Shown piece after piece: positions 38,701 to 54,012 of a DNA stretch of 64,000 nucleotides. Position 1 is the first letter of the stretch, and each line of letters begins with the position of its first letter. This stretch comes from Nemertoderma westbladi (Eukaryota; Animalia; Xenacoelomorpha). A program made the translations under genes and the position numbers. Where the stretch lies: positions 20,465-84,464 of the forward strand of contig JAUCBJ010008087.1 in assembly GCA_032718475.1 (NCBI GenBank). Direction: 5' to 3'. The notes under the pieces were generated by a model, which worked only from the letters and a program-made list of their open reading frames with translations, did no database searches and had not been told where the DNA came from.

Positions 38701-41700
38701 CAACCTTACAGTACGATAGATCCAACCTTACAGTACAGCACGATAGATCCAACCTTACAGTACAGTACGATAGATCCAACCTTCCAGTACAGTGCGATAG
38801 ATCCAACCTTACAGTACGATAGATCCAACCTTACAGTGCGATAGATCCAACCTTACAGTACGATAGATCCAACCTTACAGTACGATAGATCCAACCTTAC
38901 AGTACGATAGATCCAACCTTACAGTACAGCACGATAGATCCAACCTTACAGTACAGTACGATAGATCCAACCTTCCAGTACAGTACGATAGATCCAACCT
39001 TACAGTGCGATAGATCCAACCTTACAGTACGATAGATCCAACCTTACAGTATGATAGATCCAACCTTACAGTACGATAGATCCAACCTTACAGTTACAGT
39101 ACGATAGATCCAACCTTACAGTTACAGTACGATAGATCCAACCTTACAGTTGCAGTACGATAGATCCAACCTTACAGTGCGATAGATCCAACCTTACAGT
39201 TACAGTACGATAGATCCAACCTTACAGTACAGTACGATAGATCCAACCTTACAGTGCGATAGATCCAACCTTACAGTTACAGTACGATAGATCCAACCTT
39301 ACAGTTACAGTATGATAGATCCAACCTTACAGTTACAGTACGATAGATCCAACCTTACAGTTACAGTACGATAGATCCAACCTTACAGTACGATAGATCC
39401 AACCTTACAGTGCGATAGATCCAACCTTACAGTACGATCGGTCCAACCTTACAGTACGATAGGTCCAATCTTACAGTACGATATATCCAACCTTACAGTA
39501 TGATAGATCCAACCTTACAGTGCGATAGATCCAACCTTACAGTACGGTACATCCAACCTTACAGTACGATAGATCCAACCTTACAGTACGATATGTCCAA
39601 CCTTACAGTACGATAGATCCAACCTTACAGTACGATCGGTCCAACCTTACAGTACGATGGATCCAACCTTACAGTGCGATAGATCCAACCTTACAGTACG
39701 ATAGATCCAACCTTACAGTACGATAGATCCAACCTTACAGTACGATAGATCCAACCTTACAGTACGATAGATCCAACCTTACAGTACAGTACGATAGATC
39801 CAACCTTACAGTGCGATAGGTCCAACCTTACAGTACGATAGGTCCAATCTTAAAGTACGATAGATCCAACCTTACAGTACGATAGATCCAACCTTACAGT
39901 ACGGTACGTCCAACCTTCCAGTACGGTACATCCAACCTTACAGTACGATAGATCCAACCTTACAGTACGATAGGTCCAACCTTACAGTACGATAGATCCA
40001 ACCTTACAGTGCGATAGATCCAACCTTACAGTACGATATGTCCAACCTTACAGTATGATAGATCCAACCTTACAGTACGATAGATCCAACCTTACAGTAC
40101 AGTACGATAGATCCAACCTTACAGTGCGATAGATCCAACCTTACAGTGCGATAGATCCAACCTTACAGTGCGATAGATCCAACCTTACAGTACGATATGT
40201 CCAACCTTACAGTACGATAGGTCCAATCTTACAGTACGATAGATCCAATCTTACAGTACAATAGATCCAACCTTACAGTACGATAGATCCAACCTTACAG
40301 TACGATAGATCCAACCTTACAGTACGATAGATCCAACCTTACAGTACGATAGATCCAACCTTACAGTGCGATAGATCCAACCTTACAGTACGATAGATCC
40401 AACCTTACAGTACAATAGGTCCAACCTTACAGTACGATAGATTCAACCTTACAGTGCAATAGATTCAACCTTACAGTACGATATGTTCAACCTTACAGTA
40501 CAGTACGATAGATCCAACCTTACAGTGCGATAGATCCAACCTTACAGTGCGATAGATCCAACCTTACAGTGCGATAGATCCAACCTTACAGTACAATGGA
40601 TCCAACCTTACAGTGCGATAGATCCAACCTTACAGTACGATAGATCCAACCTTACAGTACAATAGATCCAACCTTACAGTACGATAGATCCAACCTTACA
40701 GTACGATAGATCCAACCTTACAGTACGATAGATCCAACCTTACAGTACGATAGATCCAACCTTACAGTACAGTACGATAGATCCAACCTTACAGTGCGAT
40801 AGGTCCAACCTTACAGTACGATAGGTCCAATCTTACAGTACGATAGATCCAACCTTACAGTACGATAGATCCAACCTTACAGTACGGTACGTCCAACCTT
40901 CCAGTACGGTACATCCAACGTTACAGTACGATAGATCCAACCTTACAGTACGATAGGTCCAACCTTACAGTACGATAGATCCAACCTTACAGTGCGATAG
41001 ATCCAACCTTACAGTACGATATGTCCAACCTTACAGTACGATAGATCCAACCTTACAGTACGATAGATCCAACCTTACAGTACAGTACGATAGATCCAAC
41101 CTTACAGTGCGATAGATCCAACCTTACAGTGCGATAGATCCAACCTTACAGTGCGATAGATCCAACCTTACAGTACGATATGTCCAACCTTACAGTACGA
41201 TAGGTCCAATCTTACAGTACGATAGATCCAATCTTACAGTACAATAGATCCAACCTTACAGTACGATAGATCCAACCTTACAGTACGATAGATCCAACCT
41301 TACAGTACGATAGATCCAACCTTACAGTACGATAGATCCAACCTTACAGTACGGTACATCCAACCTTACAGTACGGTACATCCAACCTTACAGTACGATA
41401 GATCCAACCTTACAGTACAATAGGTCCAACCTTACAGTACGATAGATTCAACCTTACAGTGCAATAGATTCAACCTTACAGTACGATATGTTCAACCTTA
41501 CAGTACGATATATCCAACCTTACAGTACAATAGATCCAACCTTACAGTACAGTACGATAGATCCAACCTTACAGTGCGATAGATCCAACCTTACAGTGCG
41601 ATAGATCCAACCTTACAGTGCGATAGATCCAACCTTACAGTATGATATGTCCAACCTTACAGTACGATAGATCCAACCTTACAGTGCGATAGATCCAACC

Positions 41701-44700
41701 TTACAGTACGATCGGTCCAATCTTACAGTACGATAGATCCAACCTTACAGTATGATAGGTCCAACCTTACAGTGCAATAGGCCCAACCTTACAGTACGAT
41801 AGATCCAACCTTACAGTACGATAGATCCAACCTTACAGTACGATAGAGCCAACCTTACAGTACAATAGGTCCAATCTTACAGTACGATAGATCCAATCTT
41901 ACAGTACAATAGATCCAACCTTACAGTACGATAGATCCAACTTTACAGTACGATAGATCCAACCTTACAGTATGATAGATCCAACCTTACAGTATGGTAC
42001 ATCCAACCTTACAGTACGATAGATCCAACCTTACAGTACGATAGGTCCAATCTTACAGTACGATAGGTCCAACCTTACAGTACAGTACGATAGATCTAAC
42101 CTTACAGTACGGTACGTCCAACCTTACAGTACGATAGGTCCAACCTTACAGTACAGTACGATAGATCCAACCTTACAGTACGATAGATCCAACCTTACAG
42201 TACGATAGATCCAACCTTACAGTACGATAGATCCAACCTTACAGTACGGTACATCCAACCTTACAGTATGGTACATCCAATCTTACAGTACGATAGATCC
42301 AACCTTACAGTACGATAGATCCAACCTTACAGTACGATATGTCCAACCTTACAGTACGATAGATCCAACCTTACAGTACGATAGATCCAACCTTACAGTA
42401 CAGTATGATAGATCCAACCTTACAGTGCGATAGATCCAACCTTACAGTGCGATAGATCCAACCTTACAGTGCGATAGATCCAACCTTACAGTACAATATG
42501 TCCAACCTTACAGTACGATAGATCCAACCTTACAGTGCGATAGATCCAACCTTACAGTACGATATATCCAACCTTACAGTACGATAGATCCAACCTTACA
42601 GTACAGTACGATAGATCCAACCTTACAGTGCGATAGATCCAACCTTACAGTGCGATAGATCCAACCTTACAGTGCGATAGATCCAACCTTACAGTATGAT
42701 ATGTCCAACCTTACAGTACGATAGATCCAACCTTACAGTGCGATAGATCCAACCTTACAGTACGATCGGTCCAATCTTACAGTACGATAGATCCAACCTT
42801 ACAGTATGATAGGTCCAACCTTACAGTGCAATAGACCCAACCTTACAGTACGATAGATCCAACCTTACAGTACGATAGATCCAACCTTACAGTACGATAG
42901 ATCCAACCTTACAGTACAATAGGTCCAATCTTACAGTACGATAGATCCAATCTTACAGTACAATAGATCCAACCTTACAGTACGATAGATCCAACTTTAC
43001 AGTACGATAGATCCAACCTTACAGTACGATAGATCCAACCTTACAGTATGGTACATCCAACCTTACAGTACGATAGATCCAACCTTACAGTACGATAGGT
43101 CCAATCTTACAGTACGATAGGTCCAACCTTACAGTACAGTACGATAGATCTAACCTTACAGTACGGTACGTCCAACCTTACAGTACGATAGGTCCAACCT
43201 TACAGTACAGTACGATAGATCCAACCTTACAGTACGATAGATCCAACCTTACAGTACGATAGATCCAACCTTACAGTACGATAGATCCAACCTTACAGTA
43301 CGGTACATCCAACCTTACAGTATGGTACATCCAATCTTACAGTACGATAGATCCAACTTTACAGTACGATAGATCCAACCTTACAGTACGATATGTCCAA
43401 CCTTACAGTACGATAGATCCAACCTTACAGTACGATAGATCCAACCTTACAGTACAGTATGATAGATCCAACCTTACAGTGCGATAGATCCAACCTTACA
43501 GTGCGATAGATCCAACCTTACAGTGCGATAGATCCAACCTTACAGTACAATATGTCCAACCTTACAGTACGATAGATCCAACCTTACAGTGCGATAGATC
43601 CAACCTTACAGTACGATCGGTCCAATCTTACAGTACGATAGATCCAACCTTACAGTATGATAGGTCCAACCTTACAGTGCGATAGGTCCAACCTTACAGT
43701 ACGATAGATCCAACCTTACAGTACGATAGATCCAACCTTACAGTACGATAGATCCAACCTTACAGTACGATAGGTCCAATCTTACAGTACGATAGATCCA
43801 ATCTTACAGTACAATAGATCCAACCTTACAGTACGATAGATCCAACCTTACAGTACGATAGATCCAACCTTACAGTACGATAGATCCAACCTTACAGTAC
43901 GATAGATCCAACCTTACAGTACGGTCCATTCAACCTTACAGTACGATAGATCCAACATTACAGTACGATAGGTCCAATCTTACAGTACGATAGGTCCAAC
44001 TTTACAGTACAGTACGATAGATCCAACCTTACAGTACGGTACGTCCAACCTTACAGTACGATAGGTCCAACCTTACAGTACAGTACGATAGATCCAACCT
44101 TACAGTACGATAGATCCAACCTTACAGTACGATAGATCCAACCTTACAGTACGATAGATCCAACCTTACAGTACGGTACGTCCAACCTTACAGTACGGTA
44201 CATCCAACCTTACAGTACGATAGATCCAACCTTATAGTACGATAGGTCCAATCTTACAGTACGATAGGTCCAACCTTACAGTACAGTACGATAGATCCAA
44301 CCTTACAGTACGATAGATCCAACCTTACAGTACGATAGGTCCATTCTTTCAGTACGATAGATCCAACCTTACAGTACGATAGGTCCAATCTTACAGTACG
44401 ATAGATCCAACCTTACAGTACGATAGATCCAACCTTACAGTACGATAGATCCAACCTTACAGTACGGTACGTCCAACCTTACAGTACGATAGATCCAACC
44501 TTACAGTACGATAGGTCCATTCTTACAGTACGATAGGTCCAACCTTACAGTACAGTATGTTAGATCCAACCTTACAGTACGATAGATCCAACCTTACAGT
44601 ACGATAGGTCCAACCTTACAGTAAGATAGGTCCAACCTTACAGTACAATAGATCCAACCTTACAGTATGATAGATCCAACCTTACAGTACGATAGATCCA

Positions 44701-47700
44701 ACCTTACAGTACGATAGATCCAACCTTACAGTACAATAGATCCAACCTTACAGTACGATAGATCCAACCTTACAGTACGGTACGTCCAACCTTACAGTAC
44801 GATAGATCCAACCTTACAGTACGATATGTCCAATCTTACAGTACGATAGATCCAACCTTACAGTACGATAGGTCCAATCTTACAGTACGATAGATCCAAC
44901 CTTACAGTACGATAGATCCATCCTTACAGTACGATAGATCCAACCTTACAGTACGATAGATCCAACCTTACAGTACGATAGATCCAACCTTACAGTACGA
45001 TCGGTCTAATCTTACAGTACGATAGATCCAACCTTACAGTACAGTACGATAGATCCAACCTTACAGTACGGTACGATAGATCCAACCTTACAGTTAACAG
45101 TTACAGTACGATAGATCCAACCTTACAGTTACAGTACGATAGATCCAACCTTACAGTACGGTACGTCCAACCTTATAGTACGATAGATCCAACCTTACAG
45201 TGCGATAGATCCAACCTTACAGTACGATCGGTCCAATCTTACAGTACGATAGATCCAACCTTACAGTTACGATAGGTCCAACCTTACAGTACGATAGGTC
45301 CAACCTTACAGTACGATAGATCCAACCTTACAGTACAGTACGATAGATCCAACCTTACAGTACGATAGATCCAACCTTACAGTACGATAGGTCCATTCTT
45401 TCAGTACGATAGATCCAACCTTACAGTACGATAGGTCCAATCTTACAGTACGATAGATCCAACCTTACAGTACGATAGATCCAACCTTACAGTACGATAG
45501 ATCCAACCTTACAGTACGGTACGTCCAACCTTACAGTACGATAGATCCAACCTTACAGTACGATAGGTCCAATCTTACAGTACGATAGGTCCAACCTTAC
45601 AGTACAGTACGATAGATCCAACCTTACAGTACGATAGGTCCATTCTTACAGTACGATAGGTCCAACCTTACAGTACAGTACGTTAGATCCAACCTTACAG
45701 TACGATAGATCCAACCTTACAGTACGATAGGTCCAACCTTACAGTAAGATAGGTCCAACCTTACAGTACAATAGATCCAACCTTACAGTATGATAGATCC
45801 AACCTTACAGTACGATAGATCCAACCTTACAGTATGATAGATCCAACCTTACAGTACAATAGATCCAACCTTACAGTACGATAGATCCAACCTTACAGTA
45901 TGGTACGTCCAACCTTACAGTACGATAGATCCAACCTTACAGTACGATATGTCCAATCTTACAGTACGATAGATCCAACCTTACAGTACGATAGGTCCAA
46001 TCTTACAGTACGATAGATCCAACCTTACAGTACGATAGATCCAACGTTACAGTACGATAGATCCAACCTTACAGTACGATAGATCCAACCTTACAGTACG
46101 ATAGATCCAACCTTACAGTACGATCGGTCTAATCTTACAGTACGATAGATCCAACCTTACAGTACAGTACGATAGATCCAACCTTACAGTACGGTACGAT
46201 AGATCCAACCTTACAGTTAACAGTTACAGTACGATAGATCCAACCTTACAGTTACAGTACGATAGATCCAACCTTACAGTACGGTACGTCCAACCTTATA
46301 GTACGATAGATCCAACCTTACAGTGCGATAGATCCAACCTTACAGTACGATCGGTCCAATCTTACAGTACGATAGATCCAACCTTACAGTTACGATAGGT
46401 CCAACCTTACAGTACGATAGGTCCAACCTTACAGTACGATAGATCCAACCTTACAGTTACAGTACGATAGATCCAACCTTACAGTACGATAGATCCAACC
46501 TTACAGTACGGTACGTCCAACCTTACAGTACGATAGATCCAACTTTACAGTGCGATAGATCCAATCTTACAGTACGATCGGTCCAATCTTACAGTACGAT
46601 AGATCCAACCTTACAGTACGATAGATCCAACCTTACAGTACGATAGGTCCAATCTTACAGTACGATAGATCCAACCTTACAGTACGATAGATCCAACCTT
46701 ACAGTACGGTACGTCCAACCTTACAGTACGATAGATCCAACCTTACAGTACGATAGGTCCAATCTTACAGTACGATAGGTCCAACCTTACAGTACAGTAC
46801 GATAGATCCAACCTTACAGTACAGTACGATAGATCCAACCTTACAGTACGATAGATCCAACCTTACAGTACGATAGGTCCAATCTTACAGTACGATAGAT
46901 CCAACCTTACAGTACAGTACGATAGATCCAACCTTACAGTGCGATAGATCCAACCTTACAGTGCAATAGATCCAACCTTACAGTGCGATAGATCCAACCT
47001 TACAGTGCGATAGATCCAACCTTACAGTACAGTACGATAGATCCAACCTTACAGTACGATAGATCCAACCTTACAGTGCAATAGATCCAACCTTACAGTA
47101 CGATAGATCGATCCAACCTTACAGTACGATAGATCCAACCTTACAGTGCGATAGATCCAACCTTACAGTACGATAGATCCAACCTTACAGTGCGATAGAT
47201 CCAACCTTACAGTGCAATAGATCCAACCTTACAGTGCGATAGATCCAACCTTACAGTGCGATAGATCCAACCTTACAGTGCAATAGATCCAACCTTACAG
47301 TGCGATAGATCCAACCTTACAGTACGATAGATCCAACCTTACAGTGCGATAGATCCAACCTTACAGTGCGATAGATCCAACCTTACAGGTGCAATAGATC
47401 CAACCTTACAGTGCGATAGATCCAACCTTACAGTGCGATAGATCCAACCTTACAGTGCAATAGATCCAACCTTACAGTGCGATAGATCCAACCTTACAGT
47501 GCGATAGATCCAACCTTACAGTACAGTACTATAGATCCAACCTTACAGTACGATAGATCCAACCTTACAGTACGATAGATCCAACCTTACAGTACGATAG
47601 ATCCAACCTTACAGTACGGTACGTCCAACCTTACAGTACGATATGTCCAACCTTACAGTACGATAGATCCAACCTTACAGTACAGTACGATAGATCCAAC

Positions 47701-50104
47701 CTTACAGTACGATAGATCGATCCAACCTTACAGTACAGTACGATAGATCCAACCTTACAGTGCGATAGATCCAACCTTACAGTGCGATAGATCCAACCTT
47801 ACAGTACGATAGATCCAACCTTACAGTACAGTACGATAGATCCAACCTGACAGTACGATAGATCGATCCAACCTTACAGTACAGTACGATAGATCCAACC
47901 TTACAGTGCGATAGATCCAACCTTACAGTGTGATAGATCCAACCTTACAGTACGATAGATCCAACCTTACAGTACAGTACGATAGATCCAACCTTACAGT
48001 ACGATAGATCGATCCAACCTTACAGTACAGTACAATAGATCCAACCTTACAGTACGATAGATCCAACCTTACAGTACAGTACGATAGATCCAACCTTACA
48101 GTACGATAGATCGATCCAACCTTACAGTACAGTACGATAGATCCAACGTTACAGTACGATAGATCCAACCTTACAGTACAGTACGATAGATCCAACCTTA
48201 CAGTACGATAGATCGATCCAACCTTACAGTACAGTACGATAGATCCAACCTTACAGTACGATAGATCGATCCAACCTTACAGTACAGTACGATAGATCTA
48301 ACCTTACAGTACGATAGATCCAACCTTACAGTACGATAGATCCAACCTTACAGTACAGTACGATAGATCCAACCTTACAGTACGATAGATCGATCCAACC
48401 TTACAGTACAGTACGATAGATCCAACCTTACAGTGCGATAGATCCAACCTTACAGTGCGATAGATCTAACCTTACAGTACAGTACGATAGATCCAACCTT
48501 ACAGTACGATAGATCGATCCAACCTTACAGTACAGTACGATAGATCCAACGTTACAGTGCGATAGATCCAACCTTACAGTACAGTACGATAGATCCAACC
48601 TTACAGTACGATAGATCGATCCAACCTTACAGTACAGTACGATAGATCCAACCTTACAGTGCGATAGATCCAACCTTACAGTACAGTACGATAGATCCAA
48701 CCTTACAGTAGGATAGATCGATCCAACCTTACAGTACAGTACGATAGATCCAACCTTACAGTACGATAGATCCAACCTTACAGTACAGTACGATAGATCC
48801 AACCTTACAGTACGATAGATCGATCCAACCTTACCGTACAGTACGATAGATCCAACCTTACAGTGCGATAGATCCAACCTTACAGTGCGATAGATCCAAC
48901 CTTACAGTTACAGTACGATAGATCCAACCTTACAGTTACAGTACGATAGATCCAACCTTACAGTACAGCACGATAGATCCAACCTTACAGTACAGTACGA
49001 TAGATCCAACCTTCCAGTACATTACGATAGATCCAACCTTACAGTACGATAGATCCAACCTTACAGTGCGATAGATCCAACCTTACAGTGCGATAGATCC
49101 AACCTTACAGTACGATAGATCCAACCTTACAGTTACAGTACGATAGATCCAACCTTACAGTTACAGTACGATAGATCCAACCTTACAGTTACAGTACGAT
49201 AGATCCAACCTTACAGTATGATAGATCCAACCTTACAGTACGATAGATCCAACCTTACAGTTACAGTACGATAGGTCCAACCTTACAGTACGATAGATCC
49301 AACCTTACAGTGCGATAGATCCAACCTTACAGTGCGATAGATCCAACCTTACAGTGCGATAGATCCAACCTTACAGTTACAGTACGATAGGTCCAACCTT
49401 ACAGTACGATAGATCCAACCTTACAGTGCGATAGATCCAACCTTACAGTGCGATAGATCCAACCTTACAGTGCGATAGATCCAACCTTACAGTGCGATAG
49501 ATCCAACCTTGCAGTACAGTACGATAGATCCAACCTTACAGTACGATAGGTCCAACCTTACAGTACGATAGGTCCAACCTTACAGTACGATAGATCCAAC
49601 CTTACAGTGCGATAGATCCAACCTTACAGTACAGTACGATAGGTCCAACCTTACAGTACAGTACGATAGATCCAACCTTACAGTACGATAGATCCAACCT
49701 TACAGTACGATAGATCCAACCTTACAGTACGATAGATCCAACCTTACAATGCGATAGATCCAACCTTACAGTGCGATAGATCCAACCTTACAGTGCGATA
49801 GATCCAAACTTACAATGCGATAGATCCAACCTTACAGTACAGTACGATAGATCCAACCTTACAGTACGATAGATCCAACCTTACAGTGCGATAGATCCAA
49901 CCTTACAGTACGATAGATCCAACCTTACAGTACGATAGATCCAACCTTCCAGTACAGTACGATAGATCCAACCTTACAGTACAGTACGATAGATCCAACC
50001 TTACAGTACAGTACGATAGATCCAACCTTACAGTACGATAGATCCAACCTTACAGTGCGATAGATCCAACCTTACAGTGCGATAGATCCAACCTTACATA
50101 CGGT
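32707..50104. repeat. 17.4-kb satellite, 22-bp monomer TCCAACCTTACAGTACGATAGA (26/27/28-bp variants), roughly 750 units, filling MOSPD intron 3
   Basis: Continuous tandem array without unique spacers. The unit count is estimated from length. Confidence 0.98.
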
Positions 50105-50150
50105 TACACGTATATGGATTTTCATATGATTTGATCTCATTATTCTACAG

Positions 50151-50380
50151 GAGAACCTACCGCAGATAAACCCCGCTCCCCCAGTCTGCTCTGGGTCCTA
50201 GTCGCAGTGGTCTGTATCGCCATACTGAGTCTACCTCATCCAGACTGCGACTCAGACAACCAATCACCGACAGCCACTATGTTTCTAGGGTTCTCTGTCC
50301 TACAGATATCAGTTACTAAGAAGCTTATTGCGGCTTACGTCTTGGGGATAGTAACTGTTATTCTCGTAAAACCCAGCTGA
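50151..50380 (+). CDS. MOSPD1: MOSPD1/3-like exon 4 (two TM helices, stop)
   Basis: TTCTACAG| acceptor. PSLLWVLVAVVCIAILSLP...SVTKKLIAAYVLGIVTVIL* resembles the MOSPD1 C-terminus. Confidence 0.93.
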
Positions 50381-51148
50381 GGCGTTGACCTGTTTTTTTC
50401 CTTTTTTAATATTTTTAGTAATAATTTATCGCTGACCATCTCCATACAGTTTACTTTTTTGAAAGCCTTTACGAATCTTGTTTTTTTCTCTTTTATTATC
50501 CTTCACTTAAAATGAATATGTATATATAAATATAATTAATTACACCCACCATATTTACTGTATATATATATATTATATTTTCTGTATTGCAACATTGAAA
50601 TAATTTCATACAAACAGTTTTAATTATACTAAGTTTACAATTTTGGTTGCGTTTAATTCTTGTTTTACGAGATTTGGTGCCGCAATTTATATTTGGCTGA
50701 ATTTCTGTGGAAACATGGACAATTATTTAGCATCTGGACTCGGTGGGGTTTTTCATCGGTTTACCATACGCAACCTTACGAGCTCAATTGCTCAAATATG
50801 AATTATTATTAATCGTTAAATTTCGATTGAGGCCGGCAATAGCTATCGGAAGTGACGTCATTTACACGAAAGGTTATTAGTAAATTTATATTGAACTATA
50901 AATCGAGATCCTGTGACGATGTTGAATAAACTGATCCACGTAGTAATCCATGTCTCCATGGCTACTTACCGACTTACGACTATGGTTACTCTGCTGTTGG
51001 GCCATCGGATTCTGTATTCTCAGAGTATACATAATTCTCCGAACCAAACCGAACTAAGAATGTTGACTGGGATTGTAAATTATTATGTTCCCTTATTTGA
51101 TTCGAATCATCATTAAATAGATTGTCTTCCTACTCCAAACTATAGCAG

Positions 51149-51210
51149 TCAGGGTTTTGTGACGCCAGGGTTTTGTGACGTCAGGGTTTTGTGACGTCAG
51201 GGTTTTACGT
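51149..51210. repeat. 16-bp tandem repeat CAGGGTTTTGTGACGT
   Basis: About 3.5 copies. The junctions create TGACGTCA palindromes. Confidence 0.75.
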
Positions 51211-52880
51211 TAATAAATTACTAGGGGGTGTTATTTGAGTTTTGTACGTTATTTGTGGAATTGGATTCCATTTACTCATTGGAACTCATTTATTATTCTA
51301 AGCGTGGCGGTTTAACATTGAAATTCTTTTTTTTTCTTGAGATTTAATCAGTGTGGCTGTGAGTATTATCAGAGTATAAGGTATAACAATAATTATTTAA
51401 TAAAGTCTGTTATACGAAATTTGTGGTTCGTTCCATCCAAAAGCGTTTGTGTGGTATGTGTCTCATGAAAAAAATAAAATAAATTACCAATCCGGGCATC
51501 AATAACTCATTGTTTTGTGTCCTTAACAGAAAACTAACTAAACTTATGTGCGGTGGCTTTGTATATTGTATGTTTTATTGTGCAGTTTTGTGTTGTTTTC
51601 GTTTTTTTAGATTGTTTGTTCCACATTATGCTTTTGTCGATATTGTGTTTGTTATATAATGTAATACTTACAATAAATTAATTGGTATTATTTTCTAGTT
51701 ACAATGTATTGTGTTGCAAACTTTAATAAAGCTCTGGCTTACTGTTTTGATTATAATGTTTGTCTCTCACGTCGTATTTGAACCGCACCTCAGTGTACTT
51801 AATTGTTTGCTACCGCCCCCGTAGCTTTTAGAGATACTGTATTTAGTGATTTTCTTAGATTTTATATTTGGTATGGAAAGCTTCTCTTATACTATTGGTG
51901 CACATAAATTGGGGTGACTAAGTCGCCAAATTTTTTAAATGTTGAATCTAGTTAGGATTGTATTCATGTACGTAACAATGTAATTAATTTAATATTATAC
52001 CCAGAACTGAATATATATTTTGTATAATTAGAGTTCTATGAGATCATACACTTTTCCTACTGCACTTGTACTGCCAGTACAGTCAGGATTCGTTCGTAAG
52101 GACTTCCCGCTTCTTGATTTATTTTACAAAATGTTTAATAAATTTTAACTGAAATGGATAAAAAAAAACGAAGGAATAGTAACGGAGGGATATTGAGCTG
52201 ATTTTTTGTTAACTTTCTACAGTATCATTTGGCTTAAACCTACGGAATATTCCGTACGACAGACTTAATCATTCATTACACGAAAGTCTTTATATCATCC
52301 GGTGCTCGCTCCATAATTTAATGTTGAACATTCATGTTTTATATTTGTGCGGTGCCGATTTCGATTTATTTGTATTTAAATATTTGTATATGAGGTCATA
52401 ATGGTCATAATAATAGACCGAATTTAATTGTTTTCCATTTGAAGACAATTTATTTTCAATCTGTAACACATTTTCCATGTGAGTCCGTAATCCGTATCCC
52501 ATTACAAGGTCACTTGGTTCACTTTACTTTTCACTGAATGGGGGCAATTTAAACATTTTATTTATTTTCATATAAGCTTGGGTTTTGTGACACCTTGGTC
52601 CTAGAACGCTCCGAATTGTTGTTTTCTAGATAGGAACACCTAGCCATGCAATCAGTAATCAGTTAACGGCAGTCGGCTGATTGGCAGTTTCACCCCCTCA
52701 GATGACTTTATAAAAAGGCCGAGCCGACCTAATAATGTAATGATATTTTTTTTCCGAAATTGTAACATTACTCAACGCCATTGGTATTAACAGCGAGTTG
52801 ATAATTAGCACTTTACAACTTTAGAGGACATTACAACATTGTATTGGCCTGTACATTTAGTATTGTATTTGGTGTTATTA

Positions 52881-52961
52881 TTTACGTGGTAACCCATGAC
52901 GGCGTTAAGTAATGTCCACTAAGGGGACATTACTTTACGCCGTCATTAGATACCACGTAAA
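52881..52961. repeat. Palindromic mini-MITE (~80-bp hairpin)
   Basis: TTTACGTGGTA..ATGACGGCGT.AAGTAATGTCC mirrors GGACATTACTT.ACGCCGTCAT..TACCACGTAAA. Confidence 0.75.
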
Positions 52962-53248
52962 CAATAGGTGGAAATTTGCCTGAGAGCCAGATAGGCCTAC
53001 TGCATTACCGGTAGGCGGGGTATAGCTATTACTAACCAGTAGGGCCTAGCTATAGTATTATAACATGGCTCCAAACGCCACCATAAATATAAGCTATCTT
53101 ATTTATAATATAATTTATGTCATTTTTACATTTATTTATACAGAAACTAATATAATTTGTGCAGTTTCTATCACTTATAATGTATATATACAATCATTTC
53201 GTAATGTTAAAATTTTGGAATAAAACTACATACATTTACTTGTTGCAA

Positions 53249-53349
53249 AGTACTTTACAGTGTTCTGATCCTCGTGGCTTTATTTTCACTCACTCACTAA
53301 CGTTCGATCGTGTAACAAAACCACTCGGATCATCAGACTGTAAAGTGCT
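53249..53349. repeat. Small hairpin MITE-like element
   Basis: AGTACTTTACAGT...GATCCTCGTGG mirrors CCACTCGGATC...ACTGTAAAGTGCT. Confidence 0.55.
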
Positions 53350-54012
53350 ACTTTACACACAAGTATGTAAATAGTAATTACACTATAATATACCTTACGC
53401 AAATATTACTACCATTTAGTAGATAGTGAGGTCATATATATATATATATATATAATGCAGCTACAATACAGCATGTCGATAATAGTAGGCCTATTGGCCT
53501 AGTAGTAGTACAGTTGAGACAATTTGGGGGGTACTACTGTACTACACCTACTTTTAGGCAGCTTAGTAAAGAAGCAGGTTACAGAGGCTGGTTGAAAGGA
53601 ACCAAAACAATAACGAGAGATAGAAAACAAATTAATGAAACCATTTTTTGGTTGAACCGGAACTGAAATAAATAGATTTAATCGAACTGAAATTAGTCAA
53701 ATTTTTTCAGTTCGAAACAAACACTAGGCCTACCGTATAATATATTGATATTTGGCCATCAAGCGGGAGTCCGTTGAACTGCCGATCTCTCAAAGTTCTA
53801 AAAATATTTCTACCCCTCGTCCTATTGATGTCTACAAATTAAAGATGTCACAAATTTGTGAACACTGGCTATTCACACAACCGTACGTGCATCTATGATG
53901 TATAATGACTTAAGCATCAGTCAGTAAGTACTCTGTGGTTGTCTTTCAATCCCTACTATCAATATTAATCAAAATATAAATAAATATACAGTATTTACTA
54001 GCCTTTAAAACT

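Noticed and set aside
35154-48877. ORFs such as MDLSYCTVRL... in the array
   Set aside because: Translation artefacts of the 22/27-bp repeat with non-ATG starts.
32707-50104. CRISPR array
   Set aside because: Head-to-tail monomers with no unique spacers, no cas genes, and a eukaryotic intron context.
53255-53345. Hammerhead ribozyme on the minus strand (CTGATGA at ~53333-53339)
   Set aside because: No GAAA-stem III-UH arrangement; better explained as a hairpin MITE.
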